DNA of 64,000 nucleotides, from assembly GCA_963677595.1 (NCBI GenBank), contig OY782041.1, positions 2,784,001-2,848,000 of the forward strand, given 5' to 3'. The DNA is from Spirochaetia bacterium (GTDB taxonomy: Bacteria; Spirochaetota; Spirochaetia; CAKZLE01). Of the stretch, positions 8,017 through 17,161 are shown one piece after another. The translations under genes were made by a program, and so were the position numbers. Numbering within the stretch: position 1 is the first letter of the stretch; each line of letters begins with the position of its first letter. The notes below the pieces were generated by a model, which searched no databases, was not told where the DNA came from, and worked only from the letters and a program-made list of their open reading frames with translations.

Positions 8017-10047
8017 ATGCATACAGGAAATGTTCATAGGAAAAAGATTATGATCAGAACCGCTGTGGTTGTACTTGTACTATTGCTGGCATTCACAGCT
8101 ACAGGCTGTGATCTGATCTTTGGTTTCTTTGGGGAGGGCGGTCCGGAAGACCTCAGCGCTTCCCTGTTTGATCTCTCGGTTTCTGATGGAACGCTCAGTC
8201 CAGTATTCGATCCATTAGCAACGGATTATACCGTGAATGTCGATAACAGCGTAGACAGCATCACGGTGACCGGAGATCCGTTCGACCCGATCGCTTTCGT
8301 CAGTGAGAACAGCGGGGCAGCACAGAGCCTGGACGTGGGATCGAACGATATCGTGATTACGGTGACTGCCGCTGACGGTGTTACCACGAAGAACTACACC
8401 GTTACCGTCATCAGGGCGGCATCAACCGGCAATGCGGCATTGTCTAGTCTTACCGTCTCAGAAGGGACGCTCAGCCCGGCATTCGATGCATCAACCATCG
8501 CCTATAGCGTGTCAGTGGCGAATAGCGTAGACAGCATCACGGTGACAGGAACTGCTGATGACTCAAACGCATCGCTGAGCGCGAACAACGGGGCAGCACA
8601 GAGCCTGAGCGTGGGAGCAAATGATATCGTGATCACGGTGACTGCCGCTGACGGTGTTACCACGAAGGACTACACCGTAACGGTGACACGAGAAGCACCA
8701 TCGGACAATGCGGCATTGTCTAGTCTTACCGTCTCAGAAGGGACGCTCAGCCCGGCATTCGATGCATCAACCATCGCCTATAGCGTGTCAGTGGCGAATA
8801 GCGTAGACAGCATCACGGTGACAGGAACTGCTGATGACTCAAACGCATCGCTGAGCGCGAACAACGGGGCAGCACAGAGCCTGAGCGTGGGAGCAAATGA
8901 TATCGTGATCACGGTAACCGCAGCAGACGGGACCACCACGAAGGACTATACCGTAACGGTGACCCGAGAGGCACCATCGGACAATGCGACATTGTCAGGT
9001 CTTACCGTCTCTGAAGGGACGCTCAGCCCGGCATTCGATGCAGCGACCATAGCCTATAGCGTGTCAGTGGCGAACAGCGTAGACAGCATCACGGTGACAG
9101 GAACTGCTGACGATGCAAACGCATCGCTGAGCGCGAACAGCGGGGTAGCACAGAGCCTGAGCGTAGGAGCGAACGATATCGTGATCACGGTAACCGCAGC
9201 AGACGGAACCACCACAAAGGACTATACCGTGACAGTGACACGAGAGGGAGCACCAGTCTCTTTTAACTCTCCTTATGGGGTAGTGAAGGTCGGCAGTTCT
9301 TTATATGTCGCTGATTTTTCCGCTCATAGCATAGTTAAAGTCAATCCTGAAACATTAGAAGTGACAACTTTCGCCGGCAACCCATTAATGGGGTCAACTG
9401 ACGGCACCGGAGAAGCAGCATCATTTAATACTCCAATTATGGCAGCCACAGATGGGAATTACTTGTACGTTACGGATTATGGTGCGGGATCGATTAGAAG
9501 GATCAATCTAGCCACAAGAGAAGTCTCCACTATCTTAGGTACTGGGACATATAGTGCTCCTACAGGGATAGTGTATTCTGCAGGTACCCTCTATGTAGCA
9601 ACAGAATCTGGTCAATTATATACGATAGATATTTCAGATCCTGCCAATGCGGTGTCAACCATGATAAATCTTTCAGGTGGTTTTTTAGGTTCAGTGTATG
9701 AAATGGTGCTGAGCGGCACTACGTTGTACGTTGCAGATCATGATTATGGGAATATTAAAAGCATAGCATTGACCACTGATGGGAATACAGTCAATGGTGC
9801 AGTTTCATCCATAGCTGACAGCGTCCTAACCAACCCGGTTGGTTTGTTCTTGGAAGGAACGGATCTCTATGTGACGGATTATGGTCAGGGGAAGGTACTT
9901 TCTATCGATATCTCTGAAGGCGGTGGTTACAGCAGTTCTACAGTCATTCCTTCGATATCTTACCCCTGGGGTATCGTAAAAGACGGGACGACTTTCTACA
10001 TCACTCTGCTCCAAGATGCAACCCTGCAGAAAATAGAAGTACTGTGA
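8017..10047 (+). CDS. Surface lipoprotein with four cadherin-like beta-sandwich domains and a C-terminal NHL/beta-propeller-like domain
   Basis: SD GAGGAG before ATG 8017; lipobox-like FTATGC; four copies of 'L..L.VS.GTLSP.FD....Y.V.V.NSVDSITVT...G.NDIVITVTAADG.TTK.YTVTV.R'; repeated P.G/LYV(A/T)D blades. Confidence 0.85.
   Translation: MHTGNVHRKKIMIRTAVVVLVLLLAFTATGCDLIFGFFGEGGPEDLSASLFDLSVSDGTLSPVFDPLATDYTVNVDNSVDSITVTGDPFDPIAFVSENSGAAQSLDVGSNDIVITVTAADGVTTKNYTVTVIRAASTGNAALSSLTVSEGTLSPAFDASTIAYSVSVANSVDSITVTGTADDSNASLSANNGAAQSLSVGANDIVITVTAADGVTTKDYTVTVTREAPSDNAALSSLTVSEGTLSPAFDASTIAYSVSVANSVDSITVTGTADDSNASLSANNGAAQSLSVGANDIVITVTAADGTTTKDYTVTVTREAPSDNATLSGLTVSEGTLSPAFDAATIAYSVSVANSVDSITVTGTADDANASLSANSGVAQSLSVGANDIVITVTAADGTTTKDYTVTVTREGAPVSFNSPYGVVKVGSSLYVADFSAHSIVKVNPETLEVTTFAGNPLMGSTDGTGEAASFNTPIMAATDGNYLYVTDYGAGSIRRINLATREVSTILGTGTYSAPTGIVYSAGTLYVATESGQLYTIDISDPANAVSTMINLSGGFLGSVYEMVLSGTTLYVADHDYGNIKSIALTTDGNTVNGAVSSIADSVLTNPVGLFLEGTDLYVTDYGQGKVLSIDISEGGGYSSSTVIPSISYPWGIVKDGTTFYITLLQDATLQKIEVL
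8155..9258 (+). repeat. Intragenic tandem repeat, 4 x 276 bp (92 aa)
   Basis: Units begin AATGCG at 8431, 8707 and 8983; first unit from about 8155 is more diverged. Confidence 0.92.
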
Positions 10048-10070
10048 TAGTTTGATCCATCATCGTATTA

Positions 10071-10098
10071 CGGGCTGTCTCTACCAAGAGGCAGCCCG
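10071..10098 (+). terminator. Hairpin after the lipoprotein gene
   Basis: CGGGCTGTCTCT-acca-AGAGGCAGCCCG. Confidence 0.55.
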
Positions 10099-10204
10099 CA
10101 TCGTGTATACCCAGGGAATGATGCTTCATCGTATGCACCAATGCTCCAGCTGACCGAACTATCTCTTTGTTCTAAAAGAAACACAGTAATTTGATCGAAT
10201 AATA

Positions 10205-10263
10205 TTGACAGCGCTGTCATTCGGTGGTAGGATGCTGTTATTCTGATTGACAGCGCTGTCAAT
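10205..10263 (+). promoter_or_regulatory. Promoter with two LacI operators (TGACAGCGCTGTCA)
   Basis: TTGACA(10205)-17 nt-TAGGAT(10228) with extended TG; operator 1 at 10206-10219 covers the -35; operator 2 is the perfect 18-bp palindrome ATTGACAGCGCTGTCAAT at 10246-10263. Confidence 0.85.
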
Positions 10264-10279
10264 AGTTGCAGGAGTAGTT

Positions 10280-11302
10280 TTGAGTGTAACGATGCTTGAT
10301 GTGGCAAAGAAAGCAGGAGTCTCATTGAAGACGGTCTCACGGGTCGTCAATGAAGAGGCCTCGGTCTCTGAGAAAACCCGGACCAGGGTGTTGGAAGTGA
10401 TCAGGGAGCTGAAGTTTGTTCCCAACCTCGCCGCAGCGACCCTCGTCCGGAGGAAGGCCATGGCAATAGGGCTGGTCCTCGGCTGGCCGTTGAAGTCCAC
10501 GTTCTCCGCGGCTCTTACGGATTCTGCCTTCAGCAGCTGCCAGAAGAGGGACTACGGACTTGTGCTCTTCTCGCGGAACACCCATATCAGACGTGATATC
10601 GAGAAAGCGATCACCGGTAAGCATATCGACGGACTCATCCTTGATTCACCATCGAGCATGGACAGGGAACTGGTGAGCCTCATCGAGTCGCTTGGTATCC
10701 CCTATGTGATCGTTCACCCCATCGAACTCCCGCATGCGGATGTTTCGTTCGTCGATATTGACGATTACGGCGGAGCGAAGCTTGCGATCTCGTATCTGAT
10801 CGAACTCGGGCACCGCCATATCGGGCTGATCCTCGAGGAGTCGAAACGCTTCCGAAAGCATAAACGCTATGCAGGGTACCTGGATGCCCTGACAGAGCAC
10901 GGCATACCAGTCAGGGAAGAGTATCAGTTCTTTGTCGGCAATGCCGTCAATTCCGGATTCCAGAACGGCCATGCAGGAGCAAGGGAACTCATGGAGAAGC
11001 ATCCGGAGCTTACCGCGATCTTCTGCGAGACCGATGAGACCGCCATGGGTGCCATGAGTGCTGTCTGGCAGGCAGGTAAATCCATCCCCGAAGATATCTC
11101 GATTATCGGCTTCGATGATATCAGGTATGCCGAGATGGTGAACCCTCCGCTGACGACGATCCGGCAGCCGGTCGATGCCATCTCAGAGGCGGCGGTAGCT
11201 GCGGTGATCGGGATGATCAAGGACCCTGAGCGTGAACCCGTACAGGAAGTCCTGTCGACCGAGCTGGTCGTCCGTAATTCCACACGGCCTCTTTTCGCGT
11301 GA
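10280..11302 (+). CDS. LacI-family regulator
   Basis: VTMLDVAKKAGVSLKTVSRVVN HTH; SD GGAG then TTG at 10280 (the ORF-track start lies inside the operator). Confidence 0.92.
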   Translation: MSVTMLDVAKKAGVSLKTVSRVVNEEASVSEKTRTRVLEVIRELKFVPNLAAATLVRRKAMAIGLVLGWPLKSTFSAALTDSAFSSCQKRDYGLVLFSRNTHIRRDIEKAITGKHIDGLILDSPSSMDRELVSLIESLGIPYVIVHPIELPHADVSFVDIDDYGGAKLAISYLIELGHRHIGLILEESKRFRKHKRYAGYLDALTEHGIPVREEYQFFVGNAVNSGFQNGHAGARELMEKHPELTAIFCETDETAMGAMSAVWQAGKSIPEDISIIGFDDIRYAEMVNPPLTTIRQPVDAISEAAVAAVIGMIKDPEREPVQEVLSTELVVRNSTRPLFA

Positions 11303-11414
11303 AGCATGGTCCATTGGGGCTGGATGTATGTGTATGAATCAATAACTGTGTTCGGAGAGAGAAGCAGTATGAAATAAAACAGGATCGTTCCAGATCCTAT
11401 GATTGGAGAAGAAG

Positions 11415-13283
11415 ATGGAAACTAACAGCTTTATAAACGATTTAGTACAACAGCAGTCCTCACTCGTCAGGGAGGAGGGCGGCTTCACCTACCGTGACTT
11501 GAACAAGAACGGCAAGCTCGATATCTACGAGGATCCCCGCCAGCCGGTAGAGGCACGTGTCGAGGACCTCCTGAGCCAGATGACCCTGGAAGAGAAGGCC
11601 GGTATGCTCTTCATCAACGGGTCAGTAGTCTCTGAGGACGGCTCGATCGATGCGGCTGGCTCGTTCGAGGACAACCCTGAGAAACCCTCTACGGCAAAAG
11701 GGCTGATGGAAGAGTTCTACATGACGCACTTCAACCTCTGGTCTGTACCGAGTTCGGGAGCCGTCTCCATCTGGTACAACAACATCCAGCGGTTCGCCGA
11801 GGAGACACGTCTGGGTATTCCCCTCACGATCGCTTCAGATCCGCGTAACCATTTCAGCAACTGTATCTATGACCAGCAGTCCAAGGACTTCTCAAGATGG
11901 TGCGGCCCATTGGGTCTGGCTGCAGTAGGGGAGCCCGAGTTCGTCAAGGACTATGCCAAGCACGTCAAGGCAGAGTACATGGCAGTGGGTATCCGTATGG
12001 CTCTCCACCCGCAGATCGACCTTGCGACAGAACCACGCTGGCCGAGGATCAGCGGCACCTTCGGTGAAGATGCCCACTTGAGTGCCAAGATGGTAAAGGC
12101 CTATATCGAGGAGTTCCAGGGAGAAGAGCTTGGTCCGGACAGCGTTGCCTGTATGACCAAGCACTGGCCCGGCGGCGGACCCCAGAAGGACGGTCTCGAT
12201 GCCCACTTCGATTTCCACCAGGGCCAGATCTACCCTGGTGACAACTTCGAGTACCACATCATTCCCTTCAAGGCGGCCTTCAAGGCAAAGACAGCTGCGA
12301 TCATGCCCTATTACGGTGTCCCCATGGACCAGACGGATGAGAACGTCGGTATGTCATACAACAAGATGATCATCACTGACCTGCTGCGGGAGAAATACCA
12401 GTATGATGGTGTGGTCTGTACCGACTGGGGCCTGGTCACGGACAAGAGGATCGAAGGTACGAACCTGATGAACCCTGCCAAGGCATGGGGTGTCGAGTCC
12501 CTCAGCATCATTGAACGGGTGCAGAAGATCATCGATGCCGGTGTAGACCAGTTCGGCGGGGAGAACTGCCCGAAATATGTATTGGAGTTAGTAAAGCAGG
12601 GCCAGATCTCTGAGGAGCGGATCGACCAGTCGGTCCGGCGACTGCTGCGCATGAAGTTCGAACTGGGCCTCTTCGATAACCCCTTCATCGATCAGAGCAT
12701 CGCCCCGGCGATCTTCGGCAGCGAAGAGCATATCACTGCAGGGATGACAGGCCAGTCACGCGCCATGACGCTGCTGAAGAATGAAGGCGGGGTCCTGCCG
12801 TTGAAGAAGACAAGCAAGATCTATGTGGAGAACATCGAGGCGGATGCGGCAGCCGAATACGGCGAAGTCGTATCGACTCCTGAAGAGGCTGATATTGCGA
12901 TCATCCGTCTGTATACCCCCTGGATCCCCGTAGAGACCGAGAACCCCGTCGGGCGCAACTTCCATCATGGTGACCTCGATTTCAAGGGTGAGGAGTTGGA
13001 AGCCATCATGAAACTGCTCAAGAAAGCACCTACCATCGTCGTCATCGGTATGGACCGACCTGCTGTCATCCCCGAGATCAGTGCTGCTGCGAAAGGCCTG
13101 CTCGTAGAGTATGGTGCCTATGATGAAGCAGTGCTGAACGTCATCTTCGGTAAGGTACACCCGGAAGGCAAGCTGCCGTTCGAGCTGCCGTCTTCGATGG
13201 AGGCCGTACGAAAGCAGCGCGCAGACGTACCCTATGACTCAGAGAACCCGCTCTACCCCTTCGGCTTCGGGCTGTCGTACTAG
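11415..13283 (+). CDS. GH3 beta-glucosidase/beta-xylosidase
   Basis: RLGIP, PRWPRISGTFGED, KHWPGGG, CTDWG nucleophile motif, GKLPFELP...YPFGFGLSY. Confidence 0.92.
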   Translation: METNSFINDLVQQQSSLVREEGGFTYRDLNKNGKLDIYEDPRQPVEARVEDLLSQMTLEEKAGMLFINGSVVSEDGSIDAAGSFEDNPEKPSTAKGLMEEFYMTHFNLWSVPSSGAVSIWYNNIQRFAEETRLGIPLTIASDPRNHFSNCIYDQQSKDFSRWCGPLGLAAVGEPEFVKDYAKHVKAEYMAVGIRMALHPQIDLATEPRWPRISGTFGEDAHLSAKMVKAYIEEFQGEELGPDSVACMTKHWPGGGPQKDGLDAHFDFHQGQIYPGDNFEYHIIPFKAAFKAKTAAIMPYYGVPMDQTDENVGMSYNKMIITDLLREKYQYDGVVCTDWGLVTDKRIEGTNLMNPAKAWGVESLSIIERVQKIIDAGVDQFGGENCPKYVLELVKQGQISEERIDQSVRRLLRMKFELGLFDNPFIDQSIAPAIFGSEEHITAGMTGQSRAMTLLKNEGGVLPLKKTSKIYVENIEADAAAEYGEVVSTPEEADIAIIRLYTPWIPVETENPVGRNFHHGDLDFKGEELEAIMKLLKKAPTIVVIGMDRPAVIPEISAAAKGLLVEYGAYDEAVLNVIFGKVHPEGKLPFELPSSMEAVRKQRADVPYDSENPLYPFGFGLSY

Positions 13284-13335
13284 ACTGACCGTGGTGACGA
13301 ACCACAAGATAGCATCGAAGGACTGATCGCAAAGA

Positions 13336-13369
13336 CAGGGCCTGCTCCCTCCTGAGGGGGCAGGCCCTG
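13336..13369 (+). terminator. Hairpin after the GH3 gene
   Basis: CAGGGCCTGC...GCAGGCCCTG. Confidence 0.55.
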
Positions 13370-13475
13370 CTGTCACATAGCCTGGCATCCTCCGTCCCTC
13401 TGCTCCCAAGATCCCGGGAAATGGTGTAGTATACTCCTAACGTACGTCACAAGATACAAGCAAAAGGAGACTGCC

Positions 13476-14066
13476 ATGAAGAATCGCTGTGCCTGGTGTG
13501 GTACTGATCCCCTCTATAGCGCCTACCATGATGAGGAGTGGGGCGTCCCGGTCCATGATGACCGGAAGCTCTTCGAGTTCCTTGTCCTAGAGGGGGCGCA
13601 GGCCGGCCTGAGCTGGATCACCATCCTTCGCAGGAGGGAGCACTACCGCAGGGCCTTCGATGGTTTCGATTTTACCCGTGTCGCTCGCTATACCGATGAT
13701 GATATCTCGCGTCTCCTTGCCGATGACCGTATCATCCGCAACCGGCTGAAGGTCCGTGCCGCGGTGACCAACGCACGGTGCACGCTTGCAGTCATCGAGG
13801 AGTTCGGTTCCCTTGATGCATACCTGTGGGGCTTTGTCGGTGGAGAGCCTGTCATGAACTCCTGGGCTTCCCTCGCAGAGATCCCAGCCTCCACTGAAGC
13901 TTCTAAAGAGATGAGCCGGGAGCTGAAGAAGAGGGGCTTCTCCTTCGTCGGTCCCACGATCTGTTACGCCTTCATGCAGGCAGTCGGGATGGTCAATGAC
14001 CATACGACCGACTGCTTCCGGTATGCTGAGGTTAAGGAATCTCAATCTTCGCGCAACGGGAACTGA
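13476..14066 (+). CDS. tag: DNA-3-methyladenine glycosylase I
   Basis: RCAW...YHDEEWG, LEGAQAGLSW, FVGPTICYAFMQAVGMVNDH...C. Confidence 0.96.
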   Translation: MKNRCAWCGTDPLYSAYHDEEWGVPVHDDRKLFEFLVLEGAQAGLSWITILRRREHYRRAFDGFDFTRVARYTDDDISRLLADDRIIRNRLKVRAAVTNARCTLAVIEEFGSLDAYLWGFVGGEPVMNSWASLAEIPASTEASKEMSRELKKRGFSFVGPTICYAFMQAVGMVNDHTTDCFRYAEVKESQSSRNGN

Positions 14067-14137
14067 ATCCGGCAGTGGTACCCTCTTGGTATAGATTACG
14101 CAGATGAAAACCATCTGCCATATAACCGGAGGTCATT

Positions 14138-14374
14138 ATGTATCGTGGATCATATATGCTGTTCGACCATGGGTTCTTTCCCTTTGGGAGTATCATCGTC
14201 ATCGTGCTGGGCGTGCTCATGCTCCTGGCGATCACCTACATCATCGTGAATGAGGTCAGGAAGGGCCGGAGTATGAGACATACCCGGACCCCGCTCGATA
14301 TCATCAACGAGAGGTATGACAAGGGTGAGCTCTCGCTCGAGGAGTATGTCAAGCTGGTAAAGGAACTCTCCTGA
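14138..14374 (+). CDS. Small membrane protein with SHOCT domain
   Basis: One TM helix followed by PLDIINERYDKGELSLEEY; SD GGAGG. Confidence 0.8.
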   Translation: MYRGSYMLFDHGFFPFGSIIVIVLGVLMLLAITYIIVNEVRKGRSMRHTRTPLDIINERYDKGELSLEEYVKLVKELS

Positions 14375-14387
14375 GACATAGATGAAC

Positions 14388-14411
14388 ATACCGGCTGATA
14401 CCAGCCGGTAT
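14388..14411. terminator. Hairpin between convergent genes
   Basis: ATACCGGCTG-atac-CAGCCGGTAT. Confidence 0.55.
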
Positions 14412-14419
14412 AGTCATCA

Positions 14420-15514
14420 TCAATTACGCCCGGTCCGCTTCCGCTCGTTCTTGAACTCCTTCTGGAACTTCGCGATCTGCTTCCACTTATCCCGGTGGGC
14501 ACGTGCCGCCTGCTCATCCTGTCTCGTCTTGAGGTAGTTCAGTTCCTTCATCAGGTCAAGATAATTCTCATACCTGCGGTAGTCCAGTTCCCCGGAGGCC
14601 AGTGCTGCCTGTACGGCGCAGCCGGGCTCCCCCTGGTGTGAGCAGTCTGAGAACCTACAGTCTTGCGCCAGTTCTGCGATATCACTGAAAGCAGCATCGG
14701 CACTGTCGCCGGTCGCCCAGAGCTGCAGTTCCCGCAGCCCGGGAGAGTCGATGAGCATGGTCCCGTCCCCGAGGAGGAAGAGGTCCCTGCTCGTGGTCGT
14801 GTGGCGGCCACGCAAGTCCCCCTCCCGCTGTGCACGGGTCTTCTGCAGTTCCTTCCCGGCAAGCGCATTGATCAGGGTCGACTTGCCTACTCCTGAAGGA
14901 CCGATGAAGGCGATAGTCTTCCCCGGTTTGAAGGGGAGGGCTTCCAGCCCCATGCCGGTCCCGGCACTGATGAGGAAGATATCGACCCCGGGAGCTGAGT
15001 TCTCAGCTGTCAGGATCGCCTGCTGCTGCTCTTCCTCGGTCGCGAGGTCAGCCTTGTTGAGCAGGATCACCGGTTTCGCACCGCTGTCCCAGGCGAGGAT
15101 GAGGTAGCGTTCGAGGCCGCCGGCGGTGAAGTTCCTCCCCCCGTTGATCCCGAAGACCAGCCCGATGGTGTCGATATTCGCCGCCATGACCTGTTCACTG
15201 GTACGATCTCCTGCCTCATTGCGGGAGAAGGCGCTCTTTCGTGGGAGCACCTCCTCGATGACCAGGAGGGTATCATCGCCCCTTCGGCACATGACCCAGT
15301 CTCCGATGACGGGGTAGTCGGAGCTGTCTGCCGCCTTGTACCGGAATGCTCCTGACACCTCGGCACGAAGCTCCATGCCTTCTGCTGCAACCAGATAGAT
15401 GTGACGGGCTTCACGGATGATGCGCCCGGGAACGAGACCCGTCCCTTCGTATCGTGCAAGGGATGACTCGAAGAAACTGCTCCATCCCCATCTTTCATAG
15501 TCTGTTCTGTTCAT
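14420..15514 (-). CDS. rsgA: Ribosome small subunit-dependent GTPase A
   Basis: Circularly permuted GTPase NKADL / GPSGVGKS / GRHTTT / DSPGLR and Zn finger CRFSDCSHQGEPGC. Confidence 0.95.
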   Translation of the reverse strand: MNRTDYERWGWSSFFESSLARYEGTGLVPGRIIREARHIYLVAAEGMELRAEVSGAFRYKAADSSDYPVIGDWVMCRRGDDTLLVIEEVLPRKSAFSRNEAGDRTSEQVMAANIDTIGLVFGINGGRNFTAGGLERYLILAWDSGAKPVILLNKADLATEEEQQQAILTAENSAPGVDIFLISAGTGMGLEALPFKPGKTIAFIGPSGVGKSTLINALAGKELQKTRAQREGDLRGRHTTTSRDLFLLGDGTMLIDSPGLRELQLWATGDSADAAFSDIAELAQDCRFSDCSHQGEPGCAVQAALASGELDYRRYENYLDLMKELNYLKTRQDEQAARAHRDKWKQIAKFQKEFKNERKRTGRN

Positions 15515-15882
15515 TGTATCCTCTCCAATGCATCGACTGCCGGGAAGGGCAGCCGGGTGATCGGCTTCGCCGCAAGGGCGAAGAGTCGTAGTTCGTTATC
15601 ATCGGCGGCGATCCTGTTCGCCCTGATGAACCCGCAGCTCGTGCACCTGTGGATGATCGACCACTCGCCTGAAGGCCGTACCCAGATGCCAATGGGCTCC
15701 ATGAGCCCCCTGCATCCGCACCTGCGGTCCCCGCTCCTCAGGTCTACATGGAGACTCCACAGGCAGGAGGGGCAGTGGTTGCGTATCTTCCCGCCTGCCT
15801 CAGGAGGCGGTACTGTCTGACCGCAGTTGCGGCAGATGAATGTTTCTGTCGTGTTCTGTATGATATGGCTGTGCCTGGACAT
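15511..15882 (-). CDS. RNHCP-domain protein
   Basis: FICRNCG...RNHCPSCLWSLHVD...GDR...CRGLMEP...HRCTSCG...AADD; 4-nt overlap with rsgA. Confidence 0.93.
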   Translation of the reverse strand: MSRHSHIIQNTTETFICRNCGQTVPPPEAGGKIRNHCPSCLWSLHVDLRSGDRRCGCRGLMEPIGIWVRPSGEWSIIHRCTSCGFIRANRIAADDNELRLFALAAKPITRLPFPAVDALERIQ

Positions 15883-16037
15883 GCGTGTACCTCTCGTTGT
15901 GATGTCGTAAGTAAGAGTCGGTAGATAGATGTCCTGTTTATAGGCGAATCTGTTCGGATGAATGAGTTCGTGAGGATCAGAATGGATGTGTGACGGGTAT
16001 CTGTATAAATCTCTGCAGTCAGTATCCAGTCTGTTCC

Positions 16038-16073
16038 CTAAACAGGAACATCCCCGAATGCAATAGCTGACAT
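16038..16073 (-). CDS. Putative leader peptide MSAIAFGDVPV (uORF)
   Basis: Strong SD AAGGAGG (16085-16079), ATG at 16073, TAG at 16040-16038, inside the 5' leader of RNHCP-rsgA. Confidence 0.65.
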   Translation of the reverse strand: MSAIAFGDVPV

Positions 16074-16107
16074 GAACGCCTCCTTATCCTCAAAAGTTTC
16101 TTTTTCT

Positions 16108-16136
16108 ACTATAGTGCATGAAACCATTCCATGCAA
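16108..16136 (-). promoter_or_regulatory. Promoter of leader-RNHCP-rsgA
   Basis: Minus-strand TTGCAT-17 nt-TATAGT. Confidence 0.6.
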
Positions 16137-16198
16137 GCAGTGAATGAGTTTCCATGATAGAATCACAAGGGAACCACCTCACACAGACAGGAGCGGTC

Positions 16199-17161
16199 AT
16201 GAACCAAAGGATATCAGGATTCGAGCAGAAGCATCTCCATGACGCAGCACGGCTGCTGGCATACATGCAGGAACCCCTCCCCGGTGGGGCAGCCTTGACG
16301 TATGAACAGGGTGAGCAGGGTATCAGGGAGAGCCTGAAGCAGGAACAGGCTTCAGGCTATGCCCTCATCGAATCCGGTGAACTCGTCGGGTTCCTGATCG
16401 CCGTGATCGAGAAGGATGAGGTATGGGGACGCACAGGTTGGGTACGGTCGGGCAGCTGGGCTGTCGCTCCCGGACATGAGGGCCATCTGTCTGCCCTCTA
16501 TGCAGCCGCAGCCTCCCGATGGGTGGGGGACGGGGTGCTCAGCCACTGCATCGAGGTTACGGCCGGCAATCCTGCGCTGCTCGAAGCGCTCTATGACCTC
16601 GGGTTCGGCAGGGAACAGGTCTATGGGTATCTCAGCCTTGAGGGACAGCTACCAGAATGGGTGCGGGATCCCCGGTATACCGTGAGGCGTTCGGTTCCTG
16701 AGGACCAGCCTCAGGTCGCGGGGTTCTCCCGTATCATCGCGGGGTACCAGACCCGATCCCCGGTATTCGCGCTTGCTCCAGAAGCGTACCTCAAGGCACT
16801 CGATGAAGGATTCAGTCTACTGACGGTCGACCCTGATGCAGAGCTGTTCGTGATCGAGGATGAGACCGGTGAGATCCCCGGGATCATCGTCTATGACGTA
16901 CATCCCCGGCATGGGTCCCAAACGCTTGAAGGCAGTGTCGAGCTGGTGATCTGTGCCGTCATGGAAGCATCAAGGGGGAAGGGGATCGGGAGGCAGCTCG
17001 TAACTGAGAGCCTGCAAACCTATCAGGATGCGGGGTCCCGTATGGTGATCACCGACTGGAGGAGTGCCAACCCGCTCTCCTCGAGGTTCTGGAAATCTAT
17101 GGGATTCATCCCATACCGGTATCGGATGCTACGACGCATCGACCACGCCAGTTCAGTATAA
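16199..17161 (+). CDS. Tandem GNAT-family N-acetyltransferase
   Basis: Acetyl-CoA motif SRGKGIGRQL and ANPLSSRFWKSMGF; SD AGGAG before ATG 16199. Confidence 0.8.
   Translation: MNQRISGFEQKHLHDAARLLAYMQEPLPGGAALTYEQGEQGIRESLKQEQASGYALIESGELVGFLIAVIEKDEVWGRTGWVRSGSWAVAPGHEGHLSALYAAAASRWVGDGVLSHCIEVTAGNPALLEALYDLGFGREQVYGYLSLEGQLPEWVRDPRYTVRRSVPEDQPQVAGFSRIIAGYQTRSPVFALAPEAYLKALDEGFSLLTVDPDAELFVIEDETGEIPGIIVYDVHPRHGSQTLEGSVELVICAVMEASRGKGIGRQLVTESLQTYQDAGSRMVITDWRSANPLSSRFWKSMGFIPYRYRMLRRIDHASSV

Noticed and set aside
8155-9258. Regular repeats as a CRISPR array or DGR template
   Set aside because: In-frame 276-bp coding units with no spacers, and no cas or reverse transcriptase genes
10068-10340. 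Minus-strand ORF containing WSIGAYDE, reminiscent of a C-terminal anchor motif
   Set aside because: Overlaps a promoter, two operators and the lacI start; the match is too short
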